This document shows positions 32,941 through 43,511 of a DNA stretch of 64,000 nucleotides, one piece after another. This DNA comes from an uncultured Gemmatimonadales bacterium (lineage in GTDB: Bacteria; Gemmatimonadota; Gemmatimonadetes; Longimicrobiales; RSA9), in NCBI GenBank assembly GCA_963798085.1, contig CAWCRS010000002.1, positions 352,001-416,000 on the forward strand, read 5' to 3'. A program made the position numbers and the translations under genes. How positions within the stretch are numbered: position 1 is the stretch's first letter; each line of letters starts with the position of its first letter. The notes below the pieces were generated by a model. The model made no database searches. It saw nothing but the letters and a program-made list of their open reading frames with translations, and had not been told where the DNA came from.

Positions 32941-34260
32941 TGGTATGGACCGGGCTGATGGGTTACAGTCAGGTCCAGGCTGATGGGTTACAGTCGGGCA
33001 CTCACAGGGGAGGTGCCCAATGCCTTGGACTCAGGCCTCGGCCACGGACATGCGCACACGCTTCATTGCCGACTTCCAGTGTCACCGCTTCCGCTTTGCC
33101 GAGCTCTGCGAGCGCTACGGCATCAGCCGCAAGACCGGCTACAAAGGGGGGCAGGGCTCTAGCGGAAGAAGGCCCGCCGGGGCTCTGCGACCGCTCCCAT
33201 CGCGTGCATACCTGCCCACACCAGATTCCCGACGCCATCGCGGCCGCCCTGCTCGCGCTGCGTCGACGACACCCACCTGGCGGGCCGGCAAGAACTTGAC
33301 GGTGCTGCAGACACGCCGACCCGATTGGCTGCTGCCGGCACGCTGCACCACCCACGATCTCCTTCGCCGCCACGGCCTCGTACGGAAGCAGCGCCGGCGC
33401 TGCCCGCATGCACACCCGGGCACCACCCCGATCGTTGCGGACTCCCCCAATGTGCTCGGGACCGCTGACTTCAAGGCCAGTTCAAACCGCAGGACGGACT
33501 CCACTGCTTCCCCCTCACCGTCGCCGATCGCTTCAGCCGCTTTCTCATCGGCTGTCACGCTCTCACTACCACTCGCGAGTTTCGCGCTCGCCCCGTCTTC
33601 GAGCGCCTCTTCCGTGCGTACGGGCTGCCCAGCGCATCCGCACCGACAACGGACCGCCCTTCGCCACCTACTCGCTCGACCCTCTCTCCACCCTATCTGC
33701 CGGGTGGATTCGCCTCGGCATTCGACCGGAGCTTATCGAGCCCGGCAAACCTCAGCATATTGGCGCCCACGAACGCATGCATCGCACGCTCAAGGCGGAA
33801 ACCACCCGACCGTCGGCCCACAGCCTGCGCGCTCAGCAGGGGCGCTTCACACCTTTCGCCACTGCTACAACCAGGAACGCCCACACCACGCGCTTCACCA
33901 GCGCACGCCTGCCTCACTCTATCGGCCTTCGTCCCACCGCTTCCCCAACAAACTGCCACGCCTCATCCGCCTCATTTCGAAGTCCGGCTCATCTCTTCCA
34001 ACCGGGGCATGCGCTGGCGCAACCGCATGCTGCACGTCAGCACGGCTCTCATCGACCACTACGTCGGCCTCGAAGAAATCGACGACGGCCTCTGGTCTCT
34101 TTACTTCGCTCACGTCGAACTCGGTCGCCTCGACAACCGCACCTTCAAGATCACGGACTTGCATGGAAGACAAGATCGCAGTACATCCGGAAAACTATGA
34201 TGACAAACTGTAACTCATCAACCCAGACTTTTCTGTAACCCATCAGCCCGGACGGTCACA
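32941..34260 (+). mobile_element. IS481-family insertion sequence with degraded transposase
   Basis: MPW...ELCERYGISRKTGYK, TADFK, IRTDNGPPF, HERMHRTLKAE over several frames; both ends carry two copies of a GCTGATGGGTTACAG-like motif in inverted orientation; right end is ...CACA. Confidence 0.85.
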
Positions 34261-34470
34261 GATCTACCCACCAATGCATGACCCGAGGACATACTTGAGT
34301 CGCGCACTCGCGTTCCACTCCACGTTGTGGCGCTGCCAAGCTCGTGCTCGCCGTCGGCGAGCCCCTCGCGCGACCGTACCATGAACATCAGCTGGCAACC
34401 GGTCCACGTTAGATCAACTGCGCGTCCCGCGTTCTATGGAAGCCCTACTCCTCTGAAGGAGGCATTGGGA

Positions 34471-34962
34471 ATGGCCCATGGCACCAGGGCACCAAGCTCC
34501 GCAGGTAAGAGGCCGCGATCCCTTGCGTATGCAACCCTCGTGGTTGCCGGACTGGACGCGCTCGATGCCGTCATCTTCTTCGGCCTGCGGGGCATCAGCC
34601 CCACACGCATCTTTCAGAGCATCGCATCCGGCCTGCTCGGCCGATCGGCGTTTCAACATGGCCTGCCCGCAGTCGCTCTCGGTATCATGTGCCACCTGCT
34701 CGTCGCGTTCGGTATCGCGGGAACCTACTGCCTCGTGAGCCGGCGCGTCGCTCGCCTGCGTCGCCAACCGTGGCTTTGGGGCCCGCTTTACGGGCTCGCG
34801 GCTTGGACGGTCATGAACTTTCTCGTCATTCCATTGTCACTGGCCAGCCGAGGCCGCTTCACATGGCCGGTCGTCCTCAACGGACTGCTGATTCACGGGC
34901 TTGCTGTGGGCCCGGCGAGTGCGTGGTTCGCTCGTGACCGAAGAACGACTCCAACAACATGA
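34471..34962 (+). CDS. membrane protein, opposite to array orientation
   Basis: GLDALDA...RIFQSIASGLLG...WTVMNFLVIPLS; AAGGAGG RBS. Confidence 0.7.
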   Translation: MAHGTRAPSSAGKRPRSLAYATLVVAGLDALDAVIFFGLRGISPTRIFQSIASGLLGRSAFQHGLPAVALGIMCHLLVAFGIAGTYCLVSRRVARLRRQPWLWGPLYGLAAWTVMNFLVIPLSLASRGRFTWPVVLNGLLIHGLAVGPASAWFARDRRTTPTT

Positions 34963-35043
34963 CCCCAACAAAACCAGGGTGGCCCTGCGTGCGCCGCATG
35001 CCTGCGTACGGAATCCGGCCAACGTGCGACAAGGATCAGTTGC

Positions 35044-35175
35044 AGCGAACATCTCAGAGGTTCATGACTGGCCGGAGCCGCTTGCGGCGCAGGCCTGTCC
35101 GCGCCCGTCACGAGCGACCCGCCTCGGCCATTGCGGCGGCCGGCAGGCCGCCGAGCGTGAAATTGCGCGTTAATG
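35044..35175. repeat. attC-like repeat
   Basis: AGCGAAC...GTTCATG...GCCGCTTGCGGC...CGTGAAATTGCGCGTTAATG. Confidence 0.85.
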
Positions 35176-35275
35176 CTGCAGAGCGCGCGCAGCGCCTGCG
35201 GCACCCTGACGCGCGGGTCTGCCACACCGCGTGGCCATTTGCCTGCAACGTCGAAACCCTTCGGGCAATTCTGCA

Positions 35276-35848
35276 TTACTGCCCTTGTCGGCGCTGCGCG
35301 TCGGCCAATAGGCCTGCAATATCGGCGTGACCCAGGGACTCCGCCAATTCACGCGCCGTTTCGCAATCGTCGATGCGGGTTCGTAGACCCGGGTCGGCGC
35401 CATACTCCAGAAGGAGCGCTACAGCATCCGAATGCCCTTCGCCAACCGCATAATGCAAGGCGGTGTAATCGTTGATGCCACGTTGATTGGGATCCGCCCC
35501 AAAGGACAGGAGCAGCCGCAGGACCTCAAGCACATCGGGCCGGCCTGGCGCACCCGGTTGGGGGCGAGAGCAGCTCAGTGTCGCAATGAGGGGCGGGAAT
35601 CCATCGTCGACCTCGAGCCTGGGGTCAGCCCCCATCTCGAGAAGCGTCCGGATAAACACTACCGGGCTGTGGTAAATCGCGTACACCAAGCAAGGGCCAA
35701 CGGCGAGCGGCATTGGCCCGTTGGGTATCGCGCTCGGCTGATCCACCGCGGCCTCGAGCGCGGCCAAATCACCGGCACGGAACGCCGCGTCGATCCTCCG
35801 GAACTGCTCATGCTCGGCGCAACGCTCCTGTTCTGACTTCATGGCCAC
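35276..35848 (-). CDS. ankyrin repeat protein
   Basis: LLEMGADP, LLSFGADPN..DYTALHYAV, LLEYGADP. Confidence 0.85.
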   Translation of the reverse strand: MAMKSEQERCAEHEQFRRIDAAFRAGDLAALEAAVDQPSAIPNGPMPLAVGPCLVYAIYHSPVVFIRTLLEMGADPRLEVDDGFPPLIATLSCSRPQPGAPGRPDVLEVLRLLLSFGADPNQRGINDYTALHYAVGEGHSDAVALLLEYGADPGLRTRIDDCETARELAESLGHADIAGLLADAQRRQGQ

Positions 35849-36057
35849 TCATTCATGATTCTGAAACTGTTCGCGCTGCCATGTACTGCAAACCAGTCTA
35901 CCTGCAGCGCCCGCTCAGGTCACAATCTCGAAGGCGATTCCATGTCTGTCGGCTCGCCGCAAGGGGCCAGACCGCACACGAATTCAGCCTGACATGGCTC
36001 ATGCCCTCACAAATCTGCGTCAGCGACCACACCAACGCGATGCGTGCGCTCTGTTGC

Positions 36058-36172
36058 ACCTAATGTAGATGAGTTCATGACGTGCTGGAGCTTACGGCAA
36101 GGGCGGCGCAGGCACGTCTGGCGCCGCCGGCAGGGCCGCGCCAGCGGCCGCAGCCTGAACTGTATGTTAGCT
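36058..36172. repeat. attC-like repeat, shortened
   Basis: ACCTAAT...GTTCATG...GGGCGGCGCAGGC...CTGAACTGTATGTTAGCT. Confidence 0.75.
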
Positions 36173-36339
36173 GATGCGAATTGCGCCCTGGATGGCCACG
36201 CCATGGTGCCTTGGCAGAGCCGATGGTCTTGCGCCGTGGCGGTGCTGCACGTCTGACAAGTTCTACGACCTGCGCATCAGCTGCAAAGGCTCGGCGGCTG
36301 GCGCACGAAGAGCGCTCCCCCATCAGCTACACGTCCTGC

Positions 36340-36804
36340 TTAGACCCCGGAAGAGAGCGTTGCCGGATCTCGCCCTTCTGCACCGGACTCGAGTGCCTTC
36401 ATGGCCTTGCGATTGCGGCGCTTCATCCATGCCATCGTGCCACCAACGAAGAGGCTGTACTGCCCCGCGGCTGCGGCCGGAAAGAACCAATAGACCCCGC
36501 CTCCATTGAGCGCTGCCCCGATGGCCGTTCCGATCACGACAGCGCTGCCCACGCAGACGGTTGCGCCGAGCGCGAACCCCATACGCCGCGCGATCTGCTC
36601 GACGCAGGGAGCGCACATGAGCTGCCCCTGGATGAGGGAGGGCCCAGTCGATGCTCCTCTCGCATAAAGAGGGCCGCTACAATGCCCGCACAACTCGACC
36701 GCATTGCGCCGCCTGGATCTACCGGCAGATACGGCGACGGAGAGTGCGCCGGCCACGGGCACCGCTCCGAGTCCAGCCACGATGATGTCGATGATGGGAA
36801 CCAT
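36340..36804 (-). CDS. membrane protein with a CxxC...CxxC motif
   Basis: CGHC and CAPC between TM segments; GGAGG RBS. Confidence 0.55.
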   Translation of the reverse strand: MVPIIDIIVAGLGAVPVAGALSVAVSAGRSRRRNAVELCGHCSGPLYARGASTGPSLIQGQLMCAPCVEQIARRMGFALGATVCVGSAVVIGTAIGAALNGGGVYWFFPAAAAGQYSLFVGGTMAWMKRRNRKAMKALESGAEGRDPATLSSGV

Positions 36805-37201
36805 GAGTTGGCCTCCCCACGGTACGATGGACGACGGTTGCCGGCCGCGGGAGTAAAGCCAGCCACTCACCGAAGTATCGGAGCCAACCCAGGCGGAGTG
36901 GAGGCCCCGCTTACTCGGCTGAAGCAACCTACGCGTTACCTGCGGCCCCGGGGTGGATCAGCTCTACTCGGCATGCCAACACGCGTGGACCGTGCGTAGT
37001 CACGGGCTGTCTGGCAGCGAAACTGCGACTGCGAAATTCTGGCGACGACATGCACACATGGCGCGGTTCCCGTTGTACCAAACTGCGGTGGTCGGATCCT
37101 GCGCCCATGATCCATCGACCGCCACTGAATCGACGAACCATCTCTGCATTACCGTCCTACCCAGTTCGCCTTCGTCTTCTGTTCCACGCGCCGCACATAG
37201 T

Positions 37202-37346
37202 ATCTAACGTGATGGGTGTTCACGACGTGCCGGAGTCGACCGCCAGGGCGGCGTAGGCATCTCCGCGCCCTTCATCGAGCTGCCCGCCTCGGCCCCTGCG
37301 CGGCTGGCGGCCGAGAGGCCGCCGTGCGGGAAATGGCGTGTTAGAA
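37202..37346. repeat. attC-like repeat
   Basis: ATCTAAC...GTTCACG...CGGGAAATGGCGTGTTAGAA. Confidence 0.9.
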
Positions 37347-37595
37347 TGATGCAAACTGGGCCCGTGGTAGCGGTGCACACCATGCATCGGTGTGCGAGAA
37401 GCCTGCCGAGGGAAGATGTCAAGTTTAGGCCGTGTGATAACGACTTGTGCTTCTGCTGTGAGGCCTTGCCGAAACGGCCGTGAAGCCAAGAACGCAAAGG
37501 TATCTCGCGGCCGCTGAGGCGCTCTGGACATGGGCAGCAGCAAGTGCCGGTCATGCTGCGAGCCGGCGCTGCTGAGCCGCGCCTTACTCCGCGCG

Positions 37596-38336
37596 TCACG
37601 GACTGATCGGCACGTCCTCGAAGGGCTCCGAGACGCCGGGGATAATAAATGTCACTCGGGAGGACGAAACCGGCGGCGCATTGAACTTCGCCCAGGTGTT
37701 CAGAATCTGGTGGGCGCCGACCTGGAGTTTGGCGGCAGCGTATCGCTGGGCCACCGCCTGGTTGCTCGCGTCCCGCAAGACCTCAAACTTGGTCCGGGTC
37801 GCTCCATCGAGGAAGTTGACCTCCTCCGCCAGGCTGTAGGTGCAGCCCATACCCACGCACCCGGCCTGCTCAAACGCTAGCGGCTCTTCGCTGCCGTTGA
37901 TGTATTGCCACCGGGCCGTCACGGTGTTACCGGCGGTGCGTTTTACTTCCAACAGCACTACCAGCACCCCGTTCGCGTCGTGCGAGTGAACGCCCAAGGC
38001 CTGGCCGGGACCTCCCAGATCGGAGGTCATGTTGCAACATGGATCCATGGGATTGCGGACTCGGCCGAGGTTGGCGGCGAATGCCATGCCCTTGTGCAGC
38101 TTCGCGAGCGGCACATCGAAGGCATCCCCCAGCTGGATGTTGGTGAACGTCGCCGGGCTGGTCACCGCAAAGGCGAAGTACTTGGCACTGGCCCGATCGA
38201 TGGCGGTGATGGTTCGTGTCGTCTCGTCCCTGGCCACGACGTTGCAGCAAGGCTCTGCGATTGACCGGCTTCCCCCAATCCAGCCGATGGCTCCCAAGCT
38301 CAGGCAGGTGAGGCGGTACCTTCGAATGGTCTTCAT
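37596..38336 (-). CDS. secreted hypothetical protein
   Basis: signal peptide; PCCN occurs twice; GGAGG RBS; fills a cassette. Confidence 0.65.
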   Translation of the reverse strand: MKTIRRYRLTCLSLGAIGWIGGSRSIAEPCCNVVARDETTRTITAIDRASAKYFAFAVTSPATFTNIQLGDAFDVPLAKLHKGMAFAANLGRVRNPMDPCCNMTSDLGGPGQALGVHSHDANGVLVVLLEVKRTAGNTVTARWQYINGSEEPLAFEQAGCVGMGCTYSLAEEVNFLDGATRTKFEVLRDASNQAVAQRYAAAKLQVGAHQILNTWAKFNAPPVSSSRVTFIIPGVSEPFEDVPISP

Positions 38337-38650
38337 GCTGGAACCCTCCTCCAATGGAAACAATGGACACGCGAAGATCGACGCTCCGCCTTACGTCGGA
38401 TATCCAGAAAGGGCCCTGAACGTCGCTGCATAACACGGATAGCCGGGTCCGCTTGAGACTCCTCTCGAGAAATCAGCGTCCGTTCTAACGTCCGAGACTC
38501 ACCAATTGCGTCAACGTTCAATTGACATCGCTGCATAATGTTGCACCGACGCCTCGGCATAGCAAGGGTCCATACGCGGTCCCGTGTAAGGGCTCACAAC
38601 CGAAGGGGTCGACCAAGCTATTTCCGTATTCGTTGGGCCCAGTTTGCGCC

Positions 38651-38785
38651 AGCTAACGTGAACAGGTTCATGACGCGCCGGAGCCGCTTGCGGCGCAGGC
38701 GTGGATGCGCCTGCTGAAGCGTAACCGCGTGAATAGCCTGCGCGGGGGGCCGCGTCAGCGGCCCTGCATGAACCAAATGTTAGCC
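38651..38785. repeat. attC-like repeat
   Basis: AGCTAAC...GTTCATG...CATGAACCAAATGTTAGCC. Confidence 0.9.
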
Positions 38786-38872
38786 GCAGTGAAATCCTAT
38801 GCCTGCCTTGCGCAGCCGTTTGGCCAGCCGACACATGGTCTGGCGATCGCCCGCACGACGGCCATCGCCGGC

Positions 38873-39199
38873 TCAGGGAGCAAACATCTCCGCCAACGTC
38901 ACCAACACCTGGTCTTGAGTCTGCTTGTCAATCCGGCCCAGTCGCTTGACCAGTCGGGCCTTATCCACCGTGCGGATCTGATCCAAGACGACTTGACCGT
39001 CCTTCTTCTCAAAACGGCAGCTCACCCGCGTCGGGTAAGAGCGGCCCTTCGTGGTCATGGGTGCGATGTTCACTGTCCCGATGTAGCGGTTCATTTCTTC
39101 CGGGCTGATAATCAGCGCGGGCCGCGTCTTCTTGATCTCTCGCCCCACGGTTGGGTCAAGATTCACCAGGTAGACATCGAACCGTTTCACCAACGCCAC
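38873..39199 (-). CDS. mazF: PemK/MazF family toxin
   Basis: KRFDVYLVNLDPTVGREIKKTRPALIISP...DQIRTVDKARL. Confidence 0.92.
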   Translation of the reverse strand: MALVKRFDVYLVNLDPTVGREIKKTRPALIISPEEMNRYIGTVNIAPMTTKGRSYPTRVSCRFEKKDGQVVLDQIRTVDKARLVKRLGRIDKQTQDQVLVTLAEMFAP

Positions 39200-39444
39200 T
39201 CCGACTCGCCCCAGCGCGGCCCCGAAAGCGTAGCCTGCGGATCCAGCAAGGCGTCATCGCCCTTCTCGGCCATCACTTGAAAGGCAATTGCCCACCCTTC
39301 GCGAGGTTTGCCGCTGCGTCGGATCACAATAGCGCCCTTCTCCACTTCGAGCTCCACCTCGTCCGTCAGACCGGATTGCTCCAGCAAGGGCTTCGGGATG
39401 CGAATCCCTTGCGAGTTGCCGATGCGGACAATGCGGGTTTTCAT
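39187..39444 (-). CDS. mazE: AbrB/MazE family antitoxin
   Basis: MKTRIVRIGNSQGIRIPKPLLEQ; overlaps the toxin start. Confidence 0.92.
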   Translation of the reverse strand: MKTRIVRIGNSQGIRIPKPLLEQSGLTDEVELEVEKGAIVIRRSGKPREGWAIAFQVMAEKGDDALLDPQATLSGPRWGESEWRW

Positions 39445-39465
39445 TGCGACCTCCTGGCTGCTTGG

Positions 39466-39484
39466 GTGGCCACAATGTAATCAC
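39466..39484. promoter_or_regulatory. imperfect palindrome upstream of mazE, possible operator
   Basis: GTGGCCACAATGTAATCAC about 20 bp upstream of the antitoxin start. Confidence 0.4.
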
Positions 39485-39577
39485 GACGCCTCACCCAAGC
39501 AATCCCTGAGGCGCAACCCTTGGCCTGGGCTGCTCCTATGTCACGACCGTTTTGGGAACAGCACGGGATTTCATTGC

Positions 39578-39696
39578 AGCTGACGTATGAGGATTGCTGA
39601 CGTGCCAGAGCCCACCGCAGGGCGGCGCAGGCAAGTCGCGCCCGTCCCGAGCTGTCCGCCGCGGCCACTGCGCGGGCGTGAAACGACGTGTTAGGT
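39578..39696. repeat. attC-like repeat lacking the terminal side hairpin
   Basis: AGCTGAC...GGGCGGCGCAGGC...CGTGAAACGACGTGTTAGGT. Confidence 0.85.
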
Positions 39697-39801
39697 GACG
39701 TGCCCTGCCGTTGCATGGGATCCGGCTATTGCATGAGATAACTAATCGCTACCGATATTCCGGGGCTGTCGCGATACCGGGATCGAGGCCGGATGTGCTC
39801 G

Positions 39802-40136
39802 CTACTCCTCGATGAGGTGTCGCACACCCCGATGAAGGCTGGGAATGTGATTCTGGACGACATCCCACACGATGGCGTAATCAACCCCCAGGTAGTCATG
39901 GATCAGCCTGTCCCGCATGCCGCAATCCGACGCCAATCAATCTGCGGATGACCTTCCCGAAATGCATCCGGGAGCTTCTTCACGGCCTCGCCAATGATCT
40001 CAATGCTGCGTACGAAAGCCCGCTGTAGCGTCCCGTTTGCCATGAACTCGTCTGCAGTCACACGGGCACTTTCGCGAATCAGGGAGTCCGCCTCCTGAAG
40101 GATGTGACGGAGGTAGTCACGCGGCTCGAAGGACAT
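39802..40136 (-). pseudogene. HepT/DUF86 (HEPN) toxin, frameshifted
   Basis: DYLRHIL...RSIEIIGEAVKKL...IDWRRIA, then RDRLIHDYLGVDYAIVWDVV in another frame. Confidence 0.85.
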
Positions 40137-40242
40137 CCTCTGCGTCGCCAGAATGCGAGGACCGATGTAGGGCGACAGGGCCTCGATGGTGATAAGCTCA
40201 ACCCGGCGCCCGAGCCGGGCTTCAAGGAGCTCCGCCAGAGAA
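40120..40242 (-). pseudogene. C-terminal fragment of an MNT nucleotidyltransferase antitoxin
   Basis: ISLAELLEARLGRRVELITIEALSPYIGPRIL; 5' part absent and fused to an attC half-site. Confidence 0.75.
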
Positions 40243-40256
40243 ATGACGTGTTAGAC
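40240..40256. repeat. truncated attC-like half-site
   Basis: GAAATGACGTGTTAGAC matches the right end of intact copies (e.g. 51629-51643). Confidence 0.75.
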
Positions 40257-40307
40257 GAAGTCCGCCGCCGTTGCTTGGAACTGGCTAATGGCCTCGGACG
40301 GGCCGGG

Positions 40308-40683
40308 CTAACTGTTGGATGCCGACCCTGGAAACCGCGGCCGAATGCGAAGACCGGTCTTCATTAGCACAGAAAACGCGCCAGGGAATTCGTGCCCACG
40401 TTGGCGCACTGCGTCTGAGAGGAGTTGCTTGCGCTCCTTCATCGGCACACCCGCCAAGCGAATCAGGAGTACACCGTGCGTTGCCAGCCGCTGGCGGAAT
40501 ACCAATTGCCCGAAGCCCTTGTCGCGCGTGATGAGAATGGCCGCGTCTCGATTGGCCATCGCCAAGACCTCTTCGTCCATGCAGTCCGCCTTGATCTCGG
40601 TCATGTACGCAACCTCATGGCCTTCATCGCGTAGGCGTTGGACCAGGGGGCCGTCGACGTCCCGCATCGCACAGGAACTTCAA
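40308..40683 (-). CDS. DUF5615 PIN-like toxin, apparent +1 frameshift near the start
   Basis: TTG-KFLCDA, then DVDGPLVQRLRDEGHEV...DEEVLAMA...ILITRDKGFG; overlaps the DUF433 stop. Confidence 0.75.
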
Positions 40684-40913
40684 GCCGCTTCATCGGGAGT
40701 CGGGTACACGAGCTCGCCGCTCAGGACTTCCGCTGCATAGGTCAAGGCGCCCTGGATCGCTTCACGGGGAAGCTGAGGGTAGGCTTCCAGCACCTCGTCA
40801 ACCGTCTCGCCCGCGCCCAGACGCTCCAGGATATTCTCAACCGTGATCCGCGTTCCCCGGATCACTGGCTTGCCCAGCATTACCTTGGGGTTTACCTCAA
40901 CAAAGGCATTCAT
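40680..40913 (-). CDS. DUF433 antitoxin
   Basis: NPKVMLGKPVIRGTRITVENILERLGAGETVDEVLEAYPQL. Confidence 0.9.
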   Translation of the reverse strand: MNAFVEVNPKVMLGKPVIRGTRITVENILERLGAGETVDEVLEAYPQLPREAIQGALTYAAEVLSGELVYPTPDEAA

Positions 40914-41242
40914 CCCAGACCTCCATGCGATTGACCGAACGACGTAAGATGACCGCCAAATGTGGGCAAATCAAGCCTCTACGTGCCGGAAGGACGGCGG
41001 CGGATTTCGGCTTTCTATGGATTGTCTGCTGTCAAGCCCCACGCTTTCAAGCGACACGATTCCGTTCAGTGCGGTTCACACTGTTCCAGCGAACGACTCG
41101 ACGTCGGCGGCTTCATGAGTTTGTGCGGCAGGCTGCGCCGTCACGCCCTTCTATCCGTGCCGGCCGCAAGGGAACCGGTCACCCTCTACTGCATGCGCGC
41201 GATCCACTCGTGCGCCCTGAAGCCGCTGTCGGGATGGGCTCC

Positions 41243-41252
41243 ATCTAACGTA
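41243..41252. repeat. lone attC-like R box abutting the IS110 3' flank
   Basis: ATCTAACGTA matches the start of repeats such as 43512 (GCTAACGTA); the rest of the repeat is missing. Confidence 0.5.
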
Positions 41253-42400
41253 CGGTTTCCTCATGGGAGAACCACCCGCCATAACGAACTCCACCTCTCG
41301 ACGTCGTCTGTCAAACAGCGGTGCTTGCTTCCGATCAGGCCGTACGCAGCTTCGCGCCTTCCGGTACCACGCCCGCATCCGCATAGCGCCAGAGCGCAAT
41401 CAGCAGCTTGCGCGCCAGTGCCACAATGCCGATCCGTCGCATGCGTTTCCCGCCATGACCGAAGCGCGCTTCGTACCAGCGGCTCAGCTGACTTCGCGGC
41501 TGGAAGCGAAGCCAGCACCAGGCAATCTCGATCGCCATCGCCCGGACCGGCCGGTTGCCCGCCTTGGTGATCCCCAGCTCGTGATCCATCTCGCCGCTCT
41601 TGTGCGGCGTACCCACCAGTCCCGCCAGCGCTCCCACCTGACGTCGATTGCGGAACTGTCGCCAACTGAAGAATTCCATGCTGAAGGTCCAGGCACTGTT
41701 CAGGCCGATCGCTTTCAATGATCCCAGGCGCCGTACCATGGTGTACGCGGGCTCACTCGACGTGCGGAGCAGTCGCCGCCGTTCCGCTTCCACTCGCCGG
41801 ATCTGCTGCTTCACCAGCAACACCCGCTCCCACTCCCGCTCCAACCGCGCCCGCAGCGCCGCCGGGAGCTTCGTCCGGTTCCAGAGCCGCGCCCGGCTCA
41901 AGCGTGCGAGAAAGTCCGTGACCAGCTCGAGCCGCAACCCCTGACTGGCCAGCAGGCCCTTGATCCGGTTCGTCAACCGCGTCGGCTCGTGCTTCAGCGT
42001 CTCCAGCTCCCGGTGCAGCTGCCGCCGGTCTTCCTCTTCCACACTCGGAACCTGCACCACACTCCAGGTGCGTACTTCTCCGCCACAGTACTCCACCAGC
42101 ATGCGCAGCAGCTTCGTCAGATCCACACGGTCCGTCTTCACGCGCCGCCGCCCTGGCCACACCTCGAAGCTCGTCGCATCCACCACCAGACTCCTCACTC
42201 CGTTCGCCTCCAGAAACCGGTGCAGCCAGAATCCCTCACGTCCCGCTTCGTAGCAGCACACCACCTTCGCATCGCTCTTCAGACTGAAGCGCCGCTTCGC
42301 ACGTCCCACTTCCTCCAGAAGCGCTTCTCGTCCCGTGCCTTTCGCATGAGCTCCTCCGGGTTGTGAGAGACTGCGGTAGGAGCTTAACAGCAGCGGCCCG
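41253..42400 (-). mobile_element. IS110-family transposase (ORF 41335..42309), N-terminally damaged; element ends approximate
   Basis: CYEAGREGFWLHR, KTDRVD, AGLVGTPHKSG, GITKAGN, IVALARKLLIALWR; ATG at 42347 is out of frame and the first acidic catalytic strand is not seen. Confidence 0.85.
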
Positions 42401-42430
42401 TCTTCTCGAATTCTGCGCGCCCTGAGTTTC

Positions 42431-42574
42431 AGCTAACGTCTCGGCTGTTCACGACGTGCCAGAGCCGACCGTCAGGGCGGCGCAGGCATGTCCGCGCCCT
42501 TCACGAGCTGCCCGCTTCGGCCACTGCGCGGCCGGCGGCCCACAGGCCGCCGAGCGTGAAATGGCGTGTTAGAT
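42431..42574. repeat. attC-like repeat, consensus type
   Basis: AGCTAAC GTCTCGGCT GTTCACG...CGTGAAA TGGCGT GTTAGAT. Confidence 0.92.
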
Positions 42575-42640
42575 GATGCGCTGCACGCCCGCTTGGCTTG
42601 CGCTACCGCATTCCGAAGACCCACGCCCAATCAGCCCTCG

Positions 42641-43084
42641 TCAGCTCGGCCATGGTGTCATGTACTGAAACTTAATGTAGTGACCAACCTCGTCGAGATC
42701 AGCCACATTCTCCGAGACGAGCGTCGCGCCCGATTCCCGGCATGAGGCTGCGAGCAGGTAGTCATTGACCAACGATTTCGGGATCGTTCGCAGGTCTCGC
42801 TTCTCCTTCCGCGCCATCCGGGCAATCGCCTCGGCCGACGCCTGCCATGCCCCATGGCTCGGGGTGATGACCCGCCCCGCGCGCAGCAGCGGGACGGCCA
42901 TGGTTTGCATGATGTGTTGATGCTTGGCCTCCGTGTTGGCACCAACCAGCAGTTCGTGCAGGACGATCGAGCTCAGATAGGTGCTGGGTGTGAAGGCAGC
43001 GTAGTAGTCGCGGAGTTGCTGGGCGCCTTTCTCGCTGCGGAATGCCCGTACGTACAGGTTCGTGTCAAGCACATACCTCTTCAC
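42641..43084 (-). CDS. vapC: VapC-like PIN-domain toxin
   Basis: YVLDTNLYV, SSIVLHELLVG, NDYLLAASC, LVSENVAD. Confidence 0.9.
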   Translation of the reverse strand: MKRYVLDTNLYVRAFRSEKGAQQLRDYYAAFTPSTYLSSIVLHELLVGANTEAKHQHIMQTMAVPLLRAGRVITPSHGAWQASAEAIARMARKEKRDLRTIPKSLVNDYLLAASCRESGATLVSENVADLDEVGHYIKFQYMTPWPS

Positions 43085-43323
43085 GGCTCTACATCACCCT
43101 CGAAGTAGTTCGTGACACCACCAGTCCCGGCGATCTTGGCCACGCCCTCCATGAGCTCATCGCGAAGCAGGAGCAGCGAGAGCGCCTGATCAATGGCTTC
43201 CGTTTCGGACTGAGCCCCCAGGATCTCACGAACCCGATCCAGTTTGGCCTGATCGATGTTCACATTCTTCCTGCGAATCCACGACCTGGTTCGCTTGGCC
43301 GTCTTCTTGGCTGGCTTGGACAC
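43081..43323 (-). CDS. VapB-like antitoxin
   Basis: RKNVNIDQAKLDRVREILGAQSETEAIDQAL (RHH-like); GTGA overlap with the PIN gene; AGGAGG RBS. Confidence 0.8.
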   Translation of the reverse strand: MSKPAKKTAKRTRSWIRRKNVNIDQAKLDRVREILGAQSETEAIDQALSLLLLRDELMEGVAKIAGTGGVTNYFEGDVEP

Positions 43324-43511
43324 CGCGAGACCTCCTTCTAATTGGGCATTTGTATCGGCTACAAGTTAACTCTGTACCGGCTTCCTGGCCAGTGTCCGGG
43401 TCGCAGGAGTCCCGCTTGGATGAGAGGGAGTGGGGCAAGTGGGGCTCGACCTGTGCGCCTGATTGCCTGTCCACCCGTGCCCGTTCAGGATTAGAAGGCG
43501 TGCAGCGTTTC

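Noticed and set aside
38483..38492. TTCTAACGT as an additional attC start
   Set aside because: No L box or core follows. The cassette's extended IR (GCAAACTGGGCCC) pairs 37340 with 38657 instead.
38522..38540. TTGACA...CATAAT promoter
   Set aside because: The spacer is only about 6 nt.
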